From Tubiluchus corallicola (taxonomy: Eukaryota > Animalia > Priapulida): a stretch of DNA of 64,000 bases. How positions within the stretch are numbered: position 1 is the first letter of the stretch; each line of letters opens with the position of its first letter. Shown in pieces: positions 1 through 30,087 of this stretch. The translations under genes were made by a program, and so were the position numbers. The DNA is taken from NCBI GenBank assembly GCA_030141605.1, contig JAQGDQ010000829.1:1-64000 (forward strand), written 5' to 3'. The notes beneath the pieces were generated by a model. It saw nothing but the letters and a program-made list of their open reading frames with translations. It ran no database searches and was not told the DNA's origin.

Positions 1-287
1 TATTGCAATAGCATGCGAAGCATTGTCACAAATGTGCTGTCTGGTACATTTAACCTTTGACCTTTTCACGATCATCATCAGTCGCTCGAAGGATGGAACT
101 TTATCACATCAAAGCTACAAATACTAGATACAGATTAGCAAACATATGTACAATACGTACATGTAAACATATATACATTCAAGTTATCGCACATGTAGTT
201 CCGTGCAAAGATCGGCAAAGCACATATCGAACCCTTGCTGAGCTCATCTTTTTAGCGGCAGTTGTTAACGTACATGTACTTTTTCAG

Positions 288-1656
288 AACAAGAGGAATC
301 GTATGCAAAGCTATCTCGTGATGGCCTCCTCTCTGTCACTCATCTAAAGTTCTACTTTGGCACGTTGAATTTACATCCTAGAAAGTTAGACCTTCAAGAA
401 GCCGTGGCGGAGTGCTGTAAAGGTAAAAACGGGTAGAAAATGTTACAAGGAATTATCTATCACAAGGCTTCTCCTTATGACAAAAGATCAAGAGTTACTG
501 CTGCTTTCAAAATGTTGTTGAATTGATTTTTGAGTGGAACTTCAACTTTTTTAGATTAATTCACAAAAACTCTTTAGAAGCTTAAGCTTTACCACACTGA
601 AACGTTATAGTCGCACGCGAATATTTTAGATCAAATCAGGTTGTGGAGTTGGTTGGATTGGATTGGAATGGATTGGGTTAGATTAGATTAGAGTAGAATA
701 GAGTAGAGAAGAGTAGAGTAGAGTAGTTTAGATTAGATTAAAATTATATTATATTATATTGTACTGTGTTGTATTGTACTGTACTGTACTGTACTGTACT
801 GTACTGTACTGTACTGCACTGCACTGCACTGCACTGCACTGCACTGCACTGCACTGCACTGCACTGCACTGCACTGCACTGCACTGCACTGCACTGCACT
901 GCACTGCACTGCACTGCACTGCACTGCACTGCACTGCACTGCACTGCACTGCACTGCACTGCACTGCACTGCACTGCACTGCACTGCACTGCACTGCACT
1001 GCACTGCACTGTACTGCACTGCACTGCACTGTTTATTTAGCTTGAGGTAATATCAGTTTTACATTAAAAATTTAACAACAAAAATTTTAAGAAAGAAATA
1101 TCTCCCACGCAGCACCACAATATTGCCACATTGTCATAATATTTTTTGCAAATGTTGAGACAATATGGAAATGTGGACTTGCCAGAACATTGTACCAATA
1201 TTTTTGACAATATTTTTTCTATATTGTGACAATGCCGTGCCAATATTGGTATCAAAATATGCAAAAAATTGTCAAAAAATGCTGGCACAATGTTGTGGCA
1301 ATTCCACATTTCCATATTGTCCCAATATTTGCAAAACATCGTTACAATGTTTTCCGTACTGCCTCAATGGCTATTAAGAGAACGACTCATGATCACTTCT
1401 CTATAAAACCTCGTGTACCCCCCCCGTACCCCAACCCCACCCCCACCCCCCAGAACCGCAATAATTCTCACAAACGTGAGAAGATTAAATCAGTTGTTGT
1501 TTATCTTAGATGACACAGTCGAGGTATTAGACAAAGAAGATGTTATGAAAGTTACCTGGCTCTTGTATCCGCCAAAATTTGCTGGGGTACAGAGACAGAG
1601 AAAGTCAACATGGCTCAACCCCATCATTAACGGAGAAGAGGCATTACAGTATCTTG
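288..1656 (+). pseudogene. Partial inverted duplicate of IQCM-like exons 9 (288-422) and 10 (1510-1656); terminal exon absent
   Basis: Reverse complement of 9614-9480 and 8442-8296 with intact splice sites. Homology ends in the (CA)n tract near 1878. Confidence 0.75.
650..1030. repeat. Compound pentanucleotide microsatellite (GGATT/AGATT/AGAGT/TATTA/GTACT/GCACT)
   Basis: Direct reading; mirrored at about 8921-9250. Confidence 0.95.
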
Positions 1657-1802
1657 GTAAGGAAATAGGTTAACATTAATAGTGTGAGAAGAGGGCCCAA
1701 AATTTAGTATTTATAACAGTGTTGGAAGCTGAAATGAATAGCTGATAGAGTGGAGAGACACAAAGTACAAAGTGGAGAGAGAGACAGACAAACAGACACA
1801 CA

Positions 1803-1880
<78 letters not shown>

Positions 1881-2055
1881 ACTACCATCATCAGCGTCAA
1901 ATCATCGTCTCTCACCGTGTGATGTGGGATAAAAATTTTCAGGAAGTCACATAAACCAGCCTGCAATTTTCTTTTTTACCAGTGAACACTGCAATTTAAG
2001 GGCAGGTGGTGCAGTTAATCCGCCATATTGCCACACTTTGATATCAGTCAGAGAA

Positions 2056-2456
2056 TAAGTCTTTTCACAGTTTCGTTGTGCGCGCACACAGTTGCTGTAG
2101 GTCAAAAGTTAAGTGTGCCACAGCAACGCGTCTTAACTACAACCTTCGTGTGACATGTGCGTAAAGCAAAGCCATTTGCCGCATCGGATCAGTAACTTTA
2201 GTTATTTTACATTCACTCTACTTAATTATGCATTAGTCTGCGCGTAGGGTAATTTACTAGCAGGATCTTGCTTGGGAACAAGAAAAAATGAAGTACGTAA
2301 GGTTCTAGCTAGCTGTTAAAACATGTTAAAACTGTTACTATTAGAATAGCATGGGCTGCGAACTGTTGTCAAGTATACACAAATGCGTTGCCTGGTGCAC
2401 TTGACCTTTGACCTTTTCAAGCTCATCATCAATCGCTGGAACTGTGAAAAGGCTTA
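2056..2456. mobile_element. TA-flanked MITE, about 400 bp; diverged copy at about 9820-10180 (minus)
   Basis: TIRs taagtcttttcacagtt / aactgtgaaaaggctta. Internal sequence matches the reverse complement of 9820-10180 and positions 1-90. Confidence 0.65.
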
Positions 2457-3973
2457 CCATTAAGAATTAGTTGTCTTATAATAGTTTTAGTTTAAAGCGC
2501 ACCAAATTCTCACTTTGGGTGCCATTTTCTTTGCAAATTTTATCTCCAGTCACCAGTTCAACCAGATCAAGTAAGAATAAGTGTTGTTATTGAAAGTTCG
2601 TTTTGACAGTTTAATTTGTACATTGCCTCTCGTCGAAAACCAGTGTTTAGAAGTTACAATAATTTTTTTGGATATAAGCACGTGGTGCCTCCTTGTGTTT
2701 GTTTTTTGCAAATTTAGGCTGTTGATAGACAGGTGAGCTAGGACAGGAAATAGGCCACTGGTCTCATTTTGGAGACAGGATAGGAAAGAAGTCATTCTTG
2801 TTCAGTACGTCGTGTCGTTTTATAACAAAATTTTGTCAGTCGAGTTCTCTTTAGCAAGTTAGTAAGATGCGGCAAAGATGTAAGTTTGATTTCTTCATAT
2901 TTCATAATATTATTATACATTTTCATTATAGCAGTTAATTATCCTTTTGACATTGGATTAGCAGAAAATGTTTTTATTTGCTTCAGATAAAACGAAGTCG
3001 AGTCGCACATAATATGTCAGTCAGTCAGTCAGTCAGTCAAATATGTCATGATGTGATAGTGATTTTGGGATGAGACGATGATTGCCCATTTTGGACAATA
3101 AAGAATCATAAATTACATCTAAAAGACTGTTGGACTTGTATTTAGCGCATGTCGTGCACAATAATTTTTGTAAATTTAGTTTATCTTAGTGTGCGTCACT
3201 TTGATCTCTATGTCAATTTTTGTACCTTTGTCGTGCTCATGTTGCAAAAATATACAAATAAAATGAAAACTAGAACAGGACAAGATATACAAGTAGCAAT
3301 AAAATCAATTTATTTATGACATAAGCATGTCTAAGTCAGTAATAAATATACTACAATCTATAATCTCTTGCGTTTACATGGCAAAAACGTCAAAATAACG
3401 TCTTCTCTAATAAGGCCACGGAATGCTGAGCATTTTCACACACTGGTGGCTCCATCTAGCGCTAGGATGTGTAATCATCAATGAATAAATTTAGCAACAC
3501 ATTGGAGCAAATTTTGTAATTATTTGCAGATTTCTTATTTCTGAGAATTAGTTATCAAGATATACATGTACTAAAATTTGTAAAATCAAATTTTGTAAGA
3601 TCTGTTGAAGCCAAGCGCTGTTTAGCAACGCTTTGTGAATCAAAAGTTAGTATTTTTTGTGAAACCAAATTCATTATTATTTGTGAAACGTTAGTGGTAT
3701 GCACTAAAACTACATTTTACGTTAATTATTATTTTAAAGTGGTGAAAAGCAAAATTTAAGAACGTTTGTCAAAGTAAGTTAAGCAGCATTTTGGAAACAA
3801 AATTTAGAAGTATTTATAAAATCTCGGATATGATTTTTAGTGAAACTAAGTTAAGTAGGATTTGCGGGGGCAAGTTGATTAATATCTGAACTAAATCTGA
3901 TCATCATTGTATTTTGGCATAGTTTAAAATAGCTGTCATGTGTGACATAGCTAAAAATAAGTCTTATTGTCAT

Positions 3974-6335
3974 GACATTTCAAGATTTCTGAATCTCTTC
4001 CTCAGACTGTACGATAATTAAAACTAAATAATTTGCAACGTGATTGGGTTAAACATGACAATGAAGGAAAGAAAAAATCACTTAGCACGATGGGTTTATT
4101 TACTGTCATAACTTAAATTTAGAAAAATATAACAAAGAAATTTGCAAAGAACTGCCTGTAAAGCATAAATTTGAAATTCACTGTAACTGAACAGAAATTT
4201 TTAGGCGTGGTGGTAGCCGCCATTCACTTAAAAAATATGACGCAACTGGTGGAAATCGTGACTTTTCGTAAGCGCGTCGTGGGTTTCCGTAAGCACACGC
4301 TTCTTAAACTAATTCAAACTTCTGCAGCTTACTTAATGTTCATGTAAAAATATAACAAAATTTGCTATCAATTTTTTTGTAAGAACGTATTATAGATTTG
4401 GTGAAGATTGACAGTGCGCTATTTTTCTTCAAGACGAGTGACGTCATTTGAAGAAGAATGGGCATTCGAATGCAAACAATGCCTTAGACAGTTCCATTGT
4501 TTATTTAAATAGCCTGCCGCGCCATTGAAAATTTTAAGGATTTGATAGTAAACTTGTCCGTAACTGGTCACTGAAGTTATGAAAATAAAAACATAAAGTA
4601 AATTCTGAACAAGCGAGCAATTCTCTTTATAACAAATTAAATTTTACCTAAAATTATCTCATTGCTTTTGTGCCAAATGGCAACAACAAATAGACGCGCC
4701 ACAAAAAGTACATATTTTTTATTAAACTTATTTATTTGCTAGACGCAAAATCACGTGACTTCACTGCATTTTTCCTGCCATCTAGCGAACCTTTAATAAA
4801 TGAAGTGCGCAATGCTGTGTACCGATTTGCAGGAAGCATGAAGTGATCGCGACTTTAAAGTGATTTTACTAGTTACACGAGACGCTTATTGCAGTTTTAG
4901 TACTAAGTCCTTCAAACATTTTTCGCGAACATTGAAATAAGCTTAACTTCTTTTCCCTTTATTTTATATTAGTTCTTAATTTGTTTTAAAAATGGTTTTG
5001 GTTTTGAATTTTTCTTTTTCTCGCCAGTGTAACTGCCAATAGGAATCTAAATTTTTATTCTTTTACCAGTTACATTTAAGTTCATTTCTGTAACTTTCAA
5101 TTTTCATTCTCGCTTTAAAATTTACATTCCCATTTTGTTTGGATTTTACCAATCCAGCGCAAAGTTTTTTTAAACTTAAATTTTCAACTATTGAATTAAA
5201 TCGTCATTTAAATTGTCACTAAATTTTTGAATTTTAATTATCTTGTAGTTGTTGTAATTTCTGAGGAATTTATTTATTATTTATTAAATCTGTTTACTGA
5301 TAAAAATAGATAGACACAATGAAAGCCTCTCTATTTGCAGGGGAAACCTAAACGATTAAAATGTAAAATACCATTTAAAATTGCAAGATTTAAACATCAT
5401 AGAGGATCTCGAAGATTTCAGCATATGAAGAGCACCCGTATTGCTGTTTGCCAGGAGGCAATTTTTAACGCATTTAACAATAAGAACTCCATGCAGTGTC
5501 AAGCAGATGTTTAACATTTAGAACGGTATATTATTTGCAGTTATACTTTTGTGATTAAAGGAACAATTCTTAAACTAGTATAATTCGAAACATTTATATT
5601 TGTACTAACGCTCTATGCGGTATGGCAGTATTATATGTAATTATTTTGTTGTTGTTATTTCAGCCTAATCATTGCTGCAATATCATAAATAAACCACTTT
5701 GATTGATTCAGCAAAAACTTCCATAGTTATTTACATCTGTGAAAGTTGTGACTGTATATTTTAGGTGCTGCCATCTATTGATTAGTCACTTTAACATTTT
5801 ACTAGTTAAACTCACCCCTAGTACAATTGCTCGGTCCAGTTAATATGCATACTCACTGGATCTTCCCCTATTTTTACTGTAATGGGATATGTAAAGCCAA
5901 GTTTTTGCATAGTTCTCTATCTATATATACTGGCTGGATTTCACTTCTAGCCACTGTCTCTCTGTCACGCTCTCAGTGACGTGCAGTCGATCTACTTATG
6001 TCACTCTCTGTCACGTTCTCAATGCAGTGCAGTCGTGCTACACACTGTCTAACTCACACCCTCAGTGCAATGCAGCAGTCGTGATCTTCATTTTACTTGT
6101 GTATTTTACTGTGTATTTAGTATAATAAACGGTTTCAGTTTTTATGCAGATATGTAATATAGTGTTCATTCGTTTTCTACAAAGTGTTCAACTTCATACA
6201 TGACTTTCACAACATCAAAGATATAATTAAGCAGTCAATCTGTTCAATAAATTGAAATGCAAATGTAAAACTTATAAAATTTATCATAATAGGGTGCAGA
6301 TGTCTGAGGAAGAGATTCAGAAATTTTGAAACGCC
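3974..6335. mobile_element. Possible non-autonomous DNA element with about 30-bp inverted ends
   Basis: tttcaagatttctgaatctcttcctcagac (3978) versus gtctgaggaagagattcagaaattttgaaa (6302-6331), 29/30 complementary. No clear TSD. Confidence 0.45.
5878..6214 (+). mobile_element. Possible solo LTR
   Basis: TGT...ACA ends, TATA-like tract and AATAAA; no TSD found. Confidence 0.3.
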
Positions 6336-7449
6336 AATTCTAATCATTTTTGGAAAACAAATTTAGCTTTACTTAATGGTCATGGTTGCAATGATAATAA
6401 TGAAGCTAAACTAATCACAATTTTTCAAACCAAGCTGATTTTCATTTGTAAAATTAAGTTTAATTTGAAACCAAAGTTTATAAAAACATGTGAAGATGTA
6501 TTATTAAGTTTTGAAAAGTTGAGTTTACCCGAATTTATGAAGTCAAAAGTTAAGTTCGGTTATATGTGAAACCAGTTATAGTAAGGCTCATGAAACCCAA
6601 TATTGCACAAATGTGTGCTTGCATGCCAAAAGTATTCATAAGTCAGCATGGTTAAACTACGTTATGATGCTTCAAAGTAGAACGACCCAAAAATTCAGTC
6701 ACCTTTTCGTAATCTGTAAAAATCAACGCTAAATTACTGTAGCCTACTTTTATATTCTAGCATCAAATTATCGAGAAGATGCTCAAAAGCACTACAAAAA
6801 TTTTATTTTGTAACTCTATACCGAACTTTTCTGTCTAGAAATTAGTACTGCAATTGTAAAAAAACTCCTATTTTCAAACTCCGATAGTAGCTAATGGAAG
6901 CTGTCATTTTGTTTTTGGTTTTTTTGTTGCCAAGCCCAGATGTTTGTCAGGAAGAGCCATCTACTGGATTTAAACATAACTTCAATGTGCTCTTGCAAGG
7001 TCCGTAGTAACCAATTTGTGCTGTTGCTAAGTGTTTTGTAGAAACGTGACAAAAATAATAGCTGACTTTAACAGTGATTTTCTCCTGATTATGTTTTTCA
7101 CTGCATAGCCTGCTCCTCAACTTCATGGATTTTCTCAGCTTAGAAATAACTTTGAGTGATGAACTTGGTATCAAGTGATACTCATTAAATGGAAATTCAG
7201 GATATGTGAACAGCTAGAAAACCTTAATTGCCGATTTATGGAAGATTTTGCTATGCAAGCATACCTTTGTACCTATGCTTAGCAGCTTCATGAAGCCAAG
7301 TCTTGTATTATTTTTGATAACGCATGTGAAGCCATGTATTATTGTCTTTGTTTTACCAAGTTTAACAAAATTCGTTAAAGACTCACGAAGAAAAGTCTAC
7401 TCATATTCTTCGTGCAAGTAATCTAAGAAATCTATACTTTTTCAACCAC

Positions 7450-23917
<16,468 letters not shown>

Positions 23918-24029
23918 TTTTGTTCTTGATGTAAAACAAAGATCCAATCAAGCAATTGCCACGTTTGTCACTACATTAATTAATAACAATTCTGAGCTCA
24001 TCACAATCATACTCATAGAGAATGTAGGA

Positions 24030-25145
24030 ACGTTTGGTACAAGTAAGTTTGGTACCAGAAAAGTGAATTTTTAAAATATGAAAATTTTGGTACTGGTTAA
24101 TTGGGGTAGTATGATCTTTAGGTACAAGGAATTTTTGATACTAGGAAAATGTTTTAATAGCGAATGGTTAGCAGAAGGAAAATATGTGTAGAAGGAATAT
24201 GGTGCTACGGATGTTTAGTACTAAGAAATTGCGGGCAAAGAACATCTGCTACTAAGAAAATATGGTGCTACGGATGTTTAGTACTAAGAAAGGGCGGTAC
24301 AAGGAAGTTCTGTTACTAAGAGAATATGGTGCTACGGATGTTTAGTGCTAAGAAAGTGCGGTACAAGGAAGTTCTGCTACTAAGAAAATATAGTGCTACG
24401 GATATTTAGTACTAAGAAAGGGCGGTACAAAGAAGATCTGCTACCAAGAGAATATGGTGCTACGGATGTTTAGTACTAAGAAAGTGCGGTACAAGGAAGT
24501 TCTGCTACTAAGAAAATATGGTGCTACGGATGTTTAGTACTAAGAAATTTCGGGCAAGGAAGTTCTGCTACTAAGAAAATATGGTACCACGGATGTTTAG
24601 TACTAAGAAAGTGCGGTACAAGGAAGTTCAGCTACTAAGAGAATATGGTACTACGGATATTTAGTACTAAGAAAGTGCGGTACAAGGAAGTTCAGCTACT
24701 AAGAGAATATGGTACTACGGATATTTAGTACTAAGAAAGGGCGGTACAAGGAAGTTCAGCTACTAAGAGAATATGGTGCTACGGATGTTTAGTACTAAGA
24801 AAGTGCGGTACAAGGAAGTTCAGCTACTAAGAGAATATGGTACTACGGATATTTAGTACTAAGAAAGTGCGGTACAAGGAAGTTCAGCTACTAAGAGAAT
24901 ATGGTACTACGGATATTTAGTACTAAGAAAGTGCGGTACAAGGAAGTTCTGCTACTAAGAGAATATGGTACAACGGATGTTTAGTACTAAGAAAGTGCAG
25001 GCAAGGAAGTTTTGCTACTAAGAAAATATGGTACCTGAATAATTGCGTGCTAGGAAAGTTCGGTACTGGAAAATTTGGTACTAAAAAGAAAATTCCAAAA
25101 GTACCAGGACCAAATTTATTAGTACCAAACTTACTGCGCACCCTC
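24030..25145. repeat. 64-bp higher-order minisatellite (4 x 16 bp), about 13 copies, bracketed by short inverted repeats
   Basis: Period 64 (e.g. 24601 and 24665). Flanks agtaagtttggtac (about 24042) and gtaccaaacttact (about 25122). Confidence 0.85.
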
Positions 25146-26189
25146 TTTGAAGCAGAAGTCTCGTCACATGATCACACACACTGTTCTAAACTAGTATGGA
25201 GGGTCACATCCTGCCAACGAGTAAGTGAGTCTTGTTTACACTTCCACCTACGTATATCAGCAGCAGTAAGTTAAATAATTAAAACGTATAGGCGGCTTAG
25301 GGATAATTAATTATGCATCAAATCACATCAGCCTTAACGACGTCTATAAATTCTCGGAGAGTTCTCTCAACTGCAGACGAAATGTATTACTAAACGAACT
25401 GAGAAATGGCGTCTTAAATCTTGTGTATTGTACCAAAAATGGAAATTTAGTATCAGCCCTACCTTACTTTGTAAAGGACTCTCTTATTTTCATACCTTGT
25501 TACTGAATTTCAGAAAAATAGGGATTAAATATGTTTGGCTTTTGAGGTGACTGCTTATAACGCATTGTGGTCTTGAATATTGTATTAGGATCTTACAATT
25601 TAGTATATTAACTTAACAGCATTTTTTTGTCACTAGACAGGAAGCTTGTTTTATTAATAACCTTGATTTTAGCACTCACTTTAATACTCCTTGTTTAATA
25701 TCATTGTAAATATTATTATGCGCCCCTCTAAACAGCTAATTACAGAATGGTAACATTTAATATTATAGGATTCACTGTATCTATGTAAAATTGCAAAATG
25801 TGTGGCAGAAATTTTTGCCTGCGAAAAGAGGCTCATAAAGACTTATCATCATCATAGTCTCAAGTGCGTAACATACATAAGCTTATGTTATTATTTTTGT
25901 TGGTATTCGTATAGCTAGTTAGGTAGTTTATTTATTGACATTAATACAGGGAAAATACTCTACAAAATTAACAATCTTACAAAAATATCTATCTTATATA
26001 CTATATATCTTATATACTATCTAAATGTCTATCTTATATATATTATACTAGAGTTAGAGTTAGTGCGCATAATAAACCAAATTTTATGATTTAAATAAGT
26101 TCAAAACTTTGTATGAAAGCAACGAAAAGTAATTTGTTGAATGCATTAAATCAAACATATTATTAAAGGATTGGTTTTCAAAACGCTCT

Positions 26190-26490
26190 GTAAGCTGACA
26201 ATCTAACAAAACATGTTCGTCACCTTGTATACTTCTGCCACATATTCAAAGCCTTTGATCATAAGGGATTCTACTCCATCTACGAGTTTCCACTTTTAAA
26301 CGATGCGATGACAATCTCATACGTGAAGCTGCTATTCTACAATGTTCTAACAAGCAAAGAATTCTAGTATGCAAAGCATCGACAGACAATTGTGGATTAA
26401 TATCCTGAGACAGTATTGCTTACATGTTTGATCTGACGCTTTTATTTTATCCTTTATACTATTCATTCCAGCTTTTATAAATTCCGTCAC
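26190..26490 (-). mobile_element. LINE ORF2 C-terminal zinc-knuckle remnant
   Basis: RMRLSSHRLKVETRRWSRIPYDQRL*ICGRSIQGDEHVLLDC; a stop replaces the expected Cys. Confidence 0.7.
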
Positions 26491-26530
26491 ATGTAGCCTG
26501 TTACATACAGTAGTTACATACTACACACTC

Positions 26531-27249
26531 TGTGGACCGAAATCTTGTAAATATTGTTCCCCGCGCACGCTCAGTCAAGGTTGACTTTGCGCATGCGCAA
26601 AGTCACTTGCTATAAAAGCGGTGAGCACGTAGGTTACTACGTCTCTGTCGTGCTCTCACGTCCACCATGTGTGCTGCTCTTTTCAGTGCTTAACAGGATT
26701 GTTGTTTGGGGTAGGTACGGCGTAGTTTGAACCTGATTATTTATCTTTTGTATTTCTTTCTCTGCACTCTGTCCTAGTAGAATGCAAAGCGCGCCAACGG
26801 AAGCTGACTGCTCAGCCGTCTTCGCGGCCCTCGACCCCCTGGCAGCCCCCAGGGGAGGGCTCCGCAACAATATTATCTATTATAAAAAGAGCTAGATGAT
26901 CATTTTTATTCAAGATAGTTGTTATCGACTGCTGATTTATTGCTGGTGACTGGTGATTGTTTTTGCCTGCAGGTGTCAGCACCGTATAGTCTGCGTTTGT
27001 GATTGGTTTGGTCTGTCGTCTTGTTGGTGGCGCCACCAGTTAGTTGCTTTGCTTTTGCTACGACGTCAGACACGGGTCTCTTGGATTTTGCAGATATTCG
27101 TTTTGTGCTTAAAACTTGATCTGATTTCTTCACTTGTTTCGTCTCAGCATTCGGTACTTTGGCGTTTATTTACTTCCCCTTGTCGGTAAAACACGTATAT
27201 CTCCCGAGGTTAAATAAATTTTTTGCGATACAGAAAATCGGCCCCCACA
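26531..27249 (+). mobile_element. LTR-like segment with promoter features
   Basis: TGTGG...CCACA ends, TATAAAA at 26611, AATAAA near 27214, higher GC content; no TSD. Confidence 0.4.
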
Positions 27250-27494
27250 TTTCGTTTTAGAATATTGTTACGAAAGCGAGATGCCCTTTATTTTCGACCC
27301 TCCCCCTCTACATTGTGATGGTTTCATCCATTACGAAGCCATTGCATATCAGCGTTGCATAGCAGCTATAAGTAGCTGGTATGGAATGGCCTCGTCGGTT
27401 CAGTGGGCTGACGGGCAGGTGCGTCTTCCATCTCAGCACCTGTTCCGCATTGGCAACCGGCATGGAGCACGATGGGGTAGACGTCTGACGTGTT

Positions 27495-28864
27495 ACTTAA
27501 TTCAGTAATTTTACTCTTATTACTACTTGATTCAGTAATTTTACTCTTATTACTACTTAATTCAGTAATTTTACTCTTATTACTTTGATTCAGTAATTTT
27601 ACTCTTACTACTTAATTCAGTAATTTTACTCTTACTACTTAACTCAGTAATTTTACTCTTACTACTTAACTCAGTAATTTTACTCTTACTACTTAATTCA
27701 GTAATTTTACTCTTACTACTTAATTCAGTAATTTTACTCTTACTACTTAATTCAGTAATTTTACTCTTACTACTTAATTCAGTAATTTTACTCTTACTAC
27801 TTAATTCAGTAATTTTACTCTTACTACTTAATTCAGTAATTTTACTCTTACTACTTAATTCAGTAATTTTACTCTTACTACTTAACTCAGTAATTTTACT
27901 CTTACTACTTAACTCAGTAATTTTACTCTTACTACTTAACTCAGTAATTTTACTCTTACTACTTAACTCAGTAATTTTACTCTTACTACTTAACTCAGTA
28001 ATTTTACTCTTACTACTTAACTCAGTAATTTTACTCTTACTACTTAACTCAGTAATTTTACTCTTACTACTTAACTCAGTAATTTTACTCTTACTACTTA
28101 ACTCAGTAATTTTACTCTTACTACTTAACTCAGTAATTTTACTCTTACTACTTAACTCAGTAATTTTACTCTTACTACTTAACTCAGTAATTTTACTCTA
28201 CTCTTACTACTTAACTCAGTAATTTTACTCTACTCTTACTACTTAACTCAGTAATTTTACTCTTATTACTACTTAATTCAGTAATTTTACTCTTATTACT
28301 ACTTGATTCAGTAATTTTACTCTTATTACTACTTAACTCAGTAATTTTACTCTTATTACTACTTAACTCAGTAATTTTACTCTTACTACTTAATTCAGTA
28401 ATTTTACTCTTACTACTTAACTCAGTAATTTTACTCTTACTACTTAATTCAGTAATTTTACTCTTACTACTTAATTCAGTAATTTTACTCTTACTACTTA
28501 ACTCAGTAATTTTACTCTTACTACTTAACTCAGTAATTTTACTCTTACTACTTAACTCAGTAATTTTACTCTTACTACTTAATTCAGTAATTTTACTCTT
28601 ACTACTTAACTCAGTAATTTTACTCTTACTACTTAATTCAGTAATTTTACTCTTACTACTTAATTCAGTAATTTTACTCTTACTACTTAACTCAGTAATT
28701 TTACTCTTACTACTTAACTCAGTAATTTTACTCTTACTACTTAACTCAGTAATTTTACTCTACTCTTACTACTTAACTCAGTAATTTTACTCTACTCTTA
28801 CTACTTAACTCAGTAATTTTACTCTACTCTTACTACTTAACTCAGTAATTTTACTCTTACTACT
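27495..28864. repeat. 27-bp minisatellite (cttaaYtcagtaattttactcttacta), about 50 copies
   Basis: Direct reading; 30- and 32-bp variant units interspersed. Confidence 0.95.
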
Positions 28865-29874
28865 GTTGTTTTACGTTTTCTTCTCAACTATGCGACAATC
28901 GGCGTTTTAGCACCATCCGCTCATCGTTACAGCATCATAAAGAAACATTTATCTAACTGATTAGTTTGCTTCTAAATACAGTCTTGTACTTTCGAATGTT
29001 ATGACTTTGCCCATAGAATAGGTCTGTATAAATAATACGTTATGTAATGTTAGTACTGGTCTGCTAATTAGGTAATTAATCAACTAATCAATTCCCGCGA
29101 CGAGAGCTGTGAAGTAGATCTTTATCGCTTTAGTTTTCTAGCACGGTCCGCAATAAACCGTTTTAGTGTGATGATGTCTTATACTAGGTTCGTAAGACAG
29201 ATAGTACATTTATAAAAAAAATCAGTTTTCCAAACTGTTTCGTTATTGTTATAAGGCATGTAAGAGCAAACACGTATGCATGTATTTCGTGTGTAGATAT
29301 CTAGAAGATTTGCAGTTCTTCTGTGCGTAACATGATGTCGAATTACTGCTTCTTTTGACCATGGTGGTGACGATAACGATGATGATGACGACGACGGTGA
29401 TGACGGCTTGTTGTGTAGTACTTTGTACTTGTTCGTTATGTGGCAGTTATATAGGAACTGGACTCAGTAACTGCCTGTGGTGTGTTATGCAATGCTTGCT
29501 TTACATGAATATGAACGGATACACATTTCCGAGGAGAATGAGAATTTTTTAATATAGGGCGCCTAAAATGTGGCGCCCTAGGCTATATCCTATTTAGTCT
29601 ATTGGTTAATACGCCCCTGACTACAGAAAAAACACTTAGTCTGTTATATTTCCAAATATTAATCTATTTTTAGAATGTCGGTACAAGTACGAAACCTGCA
29701 TCATGCAAGACAGTAAGAAAATATCTTCGGTTCTGTGAGAACTTAATAAATAATGCATCATTAAATCATTTTATAAAATCCATTCTATCTATCTCTAATT
29801 AACTTTATGCGGATTAACTGAGTTAGGAAAGAGAATGTGCAATATTTATAATGTACGCACAACAAAATAAAAGA

Positions 29875-29889
29875 GTTGCCTTTGACAAC
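29875..29889. promoter_or_regulatory. RFX X-box-like palindrome GTTGCC-TTT-GACAAC
   Basis: About 200 bp upstream of ATG 30088. Same motif at 37963, 38305 and 45839. Confidence 0.45.
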
Positions 29890-30087
29890 ATGTAATCATC
29901 TCAATATGTAATTGGGCAATAAGTAATGTATTGGAGGCAACAGTGTAATCATTTCAGTGTGCTTATGGTCAATTAGACTCACTATTGTAATAAATGTGAA
30001 CTGTGCTACACGTACAAAGCCAGCGTCACCACACCTACTAAAAACCGAAATTGCACAAGGATTTTCTACATTTTCTAAATTGTCAAC

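Larger units (their letters stand above)
1..1878. repeat. Left arm of long inverted duplication (probably continues beyond window start)
   Basis: Position 1 pairs with 9901. Mirrored ORF translations are identical; only microsatellite lengths differ. Confidence 0.95.

Noticed and set aside
744-1050. ORFs made of QCSAV/HCTAL, HT, ER/SL, YIHT/MYVC or poly-I repeats here and elsewhere
   Set aside because: They are translations of stop-free microsatellites, with no gene context.
6947-7174. ORF as the terminal exon of the IQCM-like gene
   Set aside because: A stronger acceptor and in-phase stop at 7514-7450 already end the gene.
27266-29332. LTR bounded by TGTTACG...CGTAACA around the 27-bp satellite
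   Set aside because: Only a 7-bp inverted match, with no TSD, PBS or second copy.
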